From: an uncultured archaeon | GTDB lineage: Archaea > Thermoproteota > EX4484-205 > JAAOZP01 | Direction of reading: 5' to 3' | Assembly: GCA_938045545.1 (NCBI GenBank) | Contig: CALIBN010000038.1 | Location: 1-43,225, forward strand | Length of the DNA stretch: 43,225 nt | Part shown: positions 38,213 to 43,225 of the stretch, one piece after another | Position numbering within the stretch: the stretch's first letter is position 1 | Layout of the letters: each line of letters starts with the position of its first letter | Notes under the pieces: model-generated | Database searches by the model: none | What the model was told of the DNA's origin: nothing | The model's input: the letters and a program-made list of their open reading frames with translations, nothing else | Program-made: the position numbers and the translations under genes

Positions 38213-41200
38213 TTAAGGCTTTTCGATGAGCCTTCTTGCCGAAATTTCATACATCTTTCCTTCAGCATCAAAGGTTATGATGTTTTTGTTCAGCCGTATC
38301 GCTGCTATTGCAAGCGCTGAGCTTAATAAACCATCGTCCGAGTCTAAACATATGGCGTCTATATTAAGGATTTCTTCGGAAAGTTTCTCAACAAGCATAC
38401 TCATATCTCTCGACTCAACTCTCCTAACCTCAATCGTCGGAGGCCATATGCCTTCAGACCTAACTCTCCTACGCAATTCTCTTACCCTACTGCCTACATC
38501 CGTTCTTGAATAGACGATTAAAAACTGAGGCCGGTATTTTCTAACAATCATTGCAGCATACTCTATTGACTCACCTACGACAACAGCCACGTTAAACCTT
38601 AATGTAGACCATTCGAGAACTAGCTTCCTAACATGGGTTATGACTTCATGCGCGTTTGACTCGAGCAAAACCGCATAGAGGGATTTTGCATGCACGTAAG
38701 CCGCGTAATCTTCACCGTCCTTCTTAACCTCAATCGTGGTGAGGGCTGTAAAAGGCCTGTTACCTCCCTTACCGTATTTGAAGCTTACCGAGTATGAAAC
38801 ATTCCCATTCTCATCCAGCTTTTCCTCGCGCGCAACGTCTGAAATCACTAGTTCTAATGCTGTACTGCTTTGAGGCAGTCTTTCATAAAGATAGTTGACG
38901 AACATTTCAACCTTCTCTGAAGGGATTCTCACCGGGATTCGGACCATCCATACTCCTTCCCTAACTGTTTTCTCTTCTATTCTCCATCTTCTTAGGAGCG
39001 AGGGTGTAGCTATTTTAGCAGCCTTCAAGGCAGGGATGGTTGAGGAAATCATGGCTGTCAGGGACGACATCATTATCAGGGATAGCATATCTATAGGGGT
39101 GGCTTTCACGTCAATAGGTATAATTATGTTGGAGACCTCGAACACTTTAAATATCATCATGCTCAATATATAGCCGATGCCTCCGCCGATGAACCCAAAT
39201 ACTCCTGCCTCAACTATGAATAGGCTTGAAATATGAGTAGGGTTCAACCCTACAGATGAAAAGATAAATATCTCATTCCTCCTTTCATAAACCAGCGTGT
39301 AGAAAAGCAGCGTGATGTTCAAAACAGTAATAACCATTGGAACAAGCACCGACGTGCCGAAGACCTCCACAGAGCCTCCTCTAAAATAGTAAGTTATGCC
39401 CTCTGAACTCGGCATAGTTATAACTGAATAGTTAGCGAGTAAAGCTAGTCTTCTTGAAACCTCTCTAGCCTGCGCATTGTCTTTGAATGTGCAGTAGAGC
39501 GCGGAAACGTAGCCGCCTAATCTCTGCGCAACAAAAGCATTTGTTATCAGGAGGTTGTCAGCAGGCACTGGCTGGGGGACACTTTCGAAGCCGGGGAGAA
39601 TATACAGGGGTAGGAAATAGCTACCATCCGGCTCTTTTATTCTATTAACCAGTTCACCGTCAAATATTCCAACTACCTTAAGCTTTACTCCTCTGAAAAC
39701 TATGGTCATACCTACATCTATGTCCCTGCTTATCGCCAAATGCCTGCTTATAAGAACAGCATTACTATTGTTAAACAGGCTTTCTATCGCATGCTCCGGA
39801 TATGTAGCGCTTTTAATCATGTCTAGAGACGGATCTCCCTTAGAAATCCCTCTAACCCCGTAGATCGGCACCTCACCAATATAGTCCAGGGCATCGTATG
39901 CGACAGGAGTTATCACCTTATAGTCTATTCTTAAAACCTCTCTCTGTGCACCTATGAAGCTGAAATCTTCAGGCGTGAGAGGACCAGTAGGTTTTATCAC
40001 CATCGCCACTGGAGGCTTATCGGCTGGCCATGTTTTCGCTACCGTTATGGCGTTAGTCGTTAGAGAGACCCTTATTGAAGTTAGTGTCGAGATCGCCACA
40101 ATCATTATCGTAATAGAGACTAGAGTGAGTAAAGTCCTCAGCTTCCTCTTCTTCAAGTTTCCAATAGAGTATGAAATAGCAATCATTAGGGCAGGTATTA
40201 GAGAAACCCCCCTCTCGCTTTTTATTTCAAGAAAGTAGGGAGCGAGAAATACAAGTAGAAAAATGAATATGACTATGTAAATCCCCACCTGAAGCTCCAG
40301 CATCGTAATCCTCGAAAGACCCGGGAACACCTGATAGGCAATTGTCATTAAAACTATGAAAGCAACCGTTGTAAACATCGCGTACTGATCTTTCCTCTCT
40401 GCAAGTATCGCGCCGATAGATAAGGCTAGTATCGCTACCATTACGAACACTATAATCTGGTTAGTCCGTGTTTCCGTCACAATATTTTGAACAGCCTCAG
40501 TTATTAAAACGCTACTCATCACTGCTTCCTGCTGATGTGCCAGTATCTTAATGGGGTCGGAAGTGTTTAAAATGGCTAAACCAGACCTTTCAATCTGCTC
40601 CAGCCTGTAAAGTTCTAGACCCACATAGAGCCCCATATTCCTAGTTTCTTCCACACGTCTTTTAGCGGATTCAACGGTTTCGTTGACAAGACTTTGATGA
40701 GACTTTATCTGGAGTAGGGCAGGTTGATCCAAGTAGACTTTAGCATTTTTACTTAATCTAATCGGCTGAGTACTATTCCCTATTTCCACTACTGTTCTTC
40801 TCCCCCCGACAGTGATTGAAACCAGTATCGACAAGTCTGTTTCAGAAGGAACTATAAGGGTATTTCCCGTTATGTTTAACAGGCTAAGTATCGGCAGCTG
40901 GCTTGAATCGTAATTCAGCATTAGTTGATTAAGCCGCGTCTCATTAATTAGCAGGACACGCATTTCCTGCGTTGGAATCGTCAGGTCGAAGGGGGAGGGA
41001 ACGACCGCTAGGACCTTTGCGATTGCTCCTGGACATAGGTTTATTCGTATATTTCTAGTTTCTCTGACCGATAGTTTTCCCAGGCTTATTACTTGAGGCA
41101 CATAGGTGTCTTTTTCGTTTAGTGAGGGACCTATGATCGTTACCTCCGAATCTGGGGGCACCGCTATCTTTGCTTCATCCCAAACCCTGGTAACCATGTA

Positions 41201-43225
41201 TGTCTCGTTCACGAACACTAGGAACAGCTGGGGTTCCCTAGGCCTAGGGTTTAACGTTATTTTAAGCATTGATAACGGTTTTACGATGAAGCGTTTAGAA
41301 TTGATGTCTATCCTCGTGCCGTTTTCCAAGAATAGTTCTGTTGAAACCTCTAGGATATGCTCGGAGTCAACGTGGTGCGGCGCGTCGAAGACACGTTTAA
41401 CTGCGAGATATGCGGGCGATGATGAAGAGGGTATTCTCACCTGAATCTTCTCATCGATTAAGGTTTTATTGGACGTTGTGTCGTTCAACCTCCAACTTAG
41501 CACCGCGTCCAAAGGCTCCTGAGAAACATCGTTTACAAGCCAGATTCCAATCCTAACGGTGGAGCCGGGGAGAAAATAGAGAGATGTTAAATTATGCCTA
41601 TAGTCCCCGTCAACCATTATTACCGCATGCACAGGGTTGAAAGCGTTCCTAACCTCGTAGTAAGACTCTTTCTCAAAGCCGTAGGAATCTATGATTGAGC
41701 CGCTGACGAGCAGGGGGTAGTCTGTGAGGGGGAGAATGTTGACACCAATGGAAACATTATGCTTGAGTATTCTAGCCCTGTCTATCGCGTGCCTCAAAAC
41801 CAGGGATTGGTACTTCTGGCTCAGCTCAATCAAGCTGGAGAGGTCACTGGCCCCACCCGCCCAGTAGGCGTTTAGGAAGCGTGGGTCAAGCATCTTCTTC
41901 TCTTCAAGAAGCCGGAGAACCTGCTCATACGGTAAATCGGAAATATTACTCCAGAATGGAGAGTTTAAACTGGGCAAGCCCACTGGACTAATTAAGCTTG
42001 GGAAAGCCTCCTTATAATGCAGGTAGTCAACCCAGCTGCCCGTTCCCCAACCGTAGTCCACGAACCTGTCGACATAATCGTATGCCTCAGCATACGATAG
42101 AACTATGATCCCCTTATTCACCTCTTTAACCAGGACTCCCAGGTCACGGTCGAGGTAGAAGTTGGTTCCAGAACCATAGTATGGTGACTCCCTGTTCAGC
42201 CACGGGGGTAAAACGTGTGGGCAGACTATTGTTATCGATGGATAGTTGTAAGTTAGCAGCAGTAGTTCAACAAGCTGCATCTTAACCAGCCTAGAGTAGT
42301 ACTCAGAGTAGTCTAGGGTGGGGTAGGCGCCTACCAGGGGGAAGTCAAGCTGAACGATGAAGCCTTTCAAAGAGGTTGACTCGTAGAACTCCTTCGGCTC
42401 AACATGCGCGAAAGACCTTAGGAAGTTTACGTTTGCCTCTCTAAGCAGGCTAAGCGTCTCGTTCATTTTCACGCTGAGACCCGGGCGAGTAAGCCATTCA
42501 AGCCTGGAGAAATACGACCCGCCCCTTAGAAAAACACTCCTGCCGTTTACCTTAACGTAAGGATTCTTCTGGGAAATCGAACCCTCTAAGAAACGTATTC
42601 CAAAGATTGTTTCAACCGACCCGGCGTACCCATCACCATGATAAAGACTAATGTTGAGGAGGTAAACGTTTGGAACACCAACATCCCATGGGAACCAGTA
42701 TGCTGGGTCCCGGAGGGAGATGCTTAACGTTTCCCACCTCCTTTCCCCGGCGGAAAGCCTTATGCTGAAAGACTGCTCTAAGCCGGCTGTGTCACTGGAG
42801 CCAAGGCTTTTTACTCTCACGGATGCTGAAAAGCTCTCGTCAACACCCCCTTTGTTCTGGAGTAAGACGCGCAGGCTCAAGGAGGCAGGATTAGAGTACT
42901 GCTCAACATCAACCAAAACAAGGTTGATAACTGGGTTAAGCGTCCCGACGAGGGTGACGCCACCAGTTATTCCGATGAAACTGTTTCGAAGGTCTGGAAG
43001 AACCTCCGAGAAAGAGTATACGCCCATCGGGTAGACCCTGGACTCGTAAGCGTCTTGAACCGGAGACTCCAAGTAAACGGTTAAAACGTTGACACCGTCG
43101 CGGATAACAGCGTTATCCACGTCGAAGAAGAACTGGGAGAAATAGCCAACGTGCTCCCCAAGATAGAAGCCGTTCAACCAGGCTTTCGCAGAAACCCAGA
43201 ATCCTGAGAAAACAAGCCTCAGCCT
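38213..43225 (-). CDS. Giant membrane protein, 5'-truncated by the window edge: GH2-like module + MacB/FtsX-like permease + C-terminal CARF-like domain
   Basis: Frame is open to base 43225 (at least 1670 aa). GH2 motifs WLNG..LGEH.GYF, P.YWFPWDVG.P.VY, FGIR, VNGR.VFLRG, NFLR..AH. MacB/FtsX motifs NLKKRKLRTLLTL and ERRNEI....SVG. The last 128 aa have a CARF-like Rossmann pattern. Confidence 0.88.
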   Translation of the reverse strand, partial: RLRLVFSGFWVSAKAWLNGFYLGEHVGYFSQFFFDVDNAVIRDGVNVLTVYLESPVQDAYESRVYPMGVYSFSEVLPDLRNSFIGITGGVTLVGTLNPVINLVLVDVEQYSNPASLSLRVLLQNKGGVDESFSASVRVKSLGSSDTAGLEQSFSIRLSAGERRWETLSISLRDPAYWFPWDVGVPNVYLLNISLYHGDGYAGSVETIFGIRFLEGSISQKNPYVKVNGRSVFLRGGSYFSRLEWLTRPGLSVKMNETLSLLREANVNFLRSFAHVEPKEFYESTSLKGFIVQLDFPLVGAYPTLDYSEYYSRLVKMQLVELLLLTYNYPSITIVCPHVLPPWLNRESPYYGSGTNFYLDRDLGVLVKEVNKGIIVLSYAEAYDYVDRFVDYGWGTGSWVDYLHYKEAFPSLISPVGLPSLNSPFWSNISDLPYEQVLRLLEEKKMLDPRFLNAYWAGGASDLSSLIELSQKYQSLVLRHAIDRARILKHNVSIGVNILPLTDYPLLVSGSIIDSYGFEKESYYEVRNAFNPVHAVIMVDGDYRHNLTSLYFLPGSTVRIGIWLVNDVSQEPLDAVLSWRLNDTTSNKTLIDEKIQVRIPSSSSPAYLAVKRVFDAPHHVDSEHILEVSTELFLENGTRIDINSKRFIVKPLSMLKITLNPRPREPQLFLVFVNETYMVTRVWDEAKIAVPPDSEVTIIGPSLNEKDTYVPQVISLGKLSVRETRNIRINLCPGAIAKVLAVVPSPFDLTIPTQEMRVLLINETRLNQLMLNYDSSQLPILSLLNITGNTLIVPSETDLSILVSITVGGRRTVVEIGNSTQPIRLSKNAKVYLDQPALLQIKSHQSLVNETVESAKRRVEETRNMGLYVGLELYRLEQIERSGLAILNTSDPIKILAHQQEAVMSSVLITEAVQNIVTETRTNQIIVFVMVAILALSIGAILAERKDQYAMFTTVAFIVLMTIAYQVFPGLSRITMLELQVGIYIVIFIFLLVFLAPYFLEIKSERGVSLIPALMIAISYSIGNLKKRKLRTLLTLVSITIMIVAISTLTSIRVSLTTNAITVAKTWPADKPPVAMVIKPTGPLTPEDFSFIGAQREVLRIDYKVITPVAYDALDYIGEVPIYGVRGISKGDPSLDMIKSATYPEHAIESLFNNSNAVLISRHLAISRDIDVGMTIVFRGVKLKVVGIFDGELVNRIKEPDGSYFLPLYILPGFESVPQPVPADNLLITNAFVAQRLGGYVSALYCTFKDNAQAREVSRRLALLANYSVITMPSSEGITYYFRGGSVEVFGTSVLVPMVITVLNITLLFYTLVYERRNEIFIFSSVGLNPTHISSLFIVEAGVFGFIGGGIGYILSMMIFKVFEVSNIIIPIDVKATPIDMLSLIMMSSLTAMISSTIPALKAAKIATPSLLRRWRIEEKTVREGVWMVRIPVRIPSEKVEMFVNYLYERLPQSSTALELVISDVAREEKLDENGNVSYSVSFKYGKGGNRPFTALTTIEVKKDGEDYAAYVHAKSLYAVLLESNAHEVITHVRKLVLEWSTLRFNVAVVVGESIEYAAMIVRKYRPQFLIVYSRTDVGSRVRELRRRVRSEGIWPPTIEVRRVESRDMSMLVEKLSEEILNIDAICLDSDDGLLSSALAIAAIRLNKNIITFDAEGKMYEISARRLIEKP

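Overview
43.2 kb of archaeal-type chromosome. Archaeal origin is inferred from TATA-like promoters, frequent TTG starts, a Trm5 methyltransferase, an archaeal GH1, and TrmB, V4R and GTPBP1-type proteins; a thermophilic TACK lineage is plausible but cannot be shown from sequence alone. About 33 intact genes are present: PLP aminotransferase, roadblock protein, two ABC-2 exporters (one PadR-controlled), FdhF-like molybdoenzyme, USP, LigD phosphoesterase, GH1, ACT-V4R protein, aldo-keto reductase, MFS transporter, Gfo/Idh/MocA oxidoreductase, GltD-like flavoprotein, PyrG, GTPBP1/2-like GTPase, AEC transporter, Trm5, thiamine ABC transporter, bacterial-type GAPDH, TtuA-like protein, GT4, TrmB-nuclease-fold fusion, nucleotidyltransferase, DHH phosphoesterase and UppP. 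There are also four decayed genes: GH130, a TnpB-like remnant, a permease/DUF47 chimera and a hypothetical. Highlights: (1) a membrane protein of at least 1670 aa that joins an apparently catalytically dead GH2 module, a MacB/FtsX-type permease and a C-terminal CARF-like domain; (2) a TPP riboswitch with a readable Shine-Dalgarno-sequestering expression platform; (3) a 10-bp-phased GTTY array shared by the upstream regions of two signalling-type genes. No rRNA, tRNA or CRISPR array was seen. All family calls come from motif recognition by eye; no searches were run.
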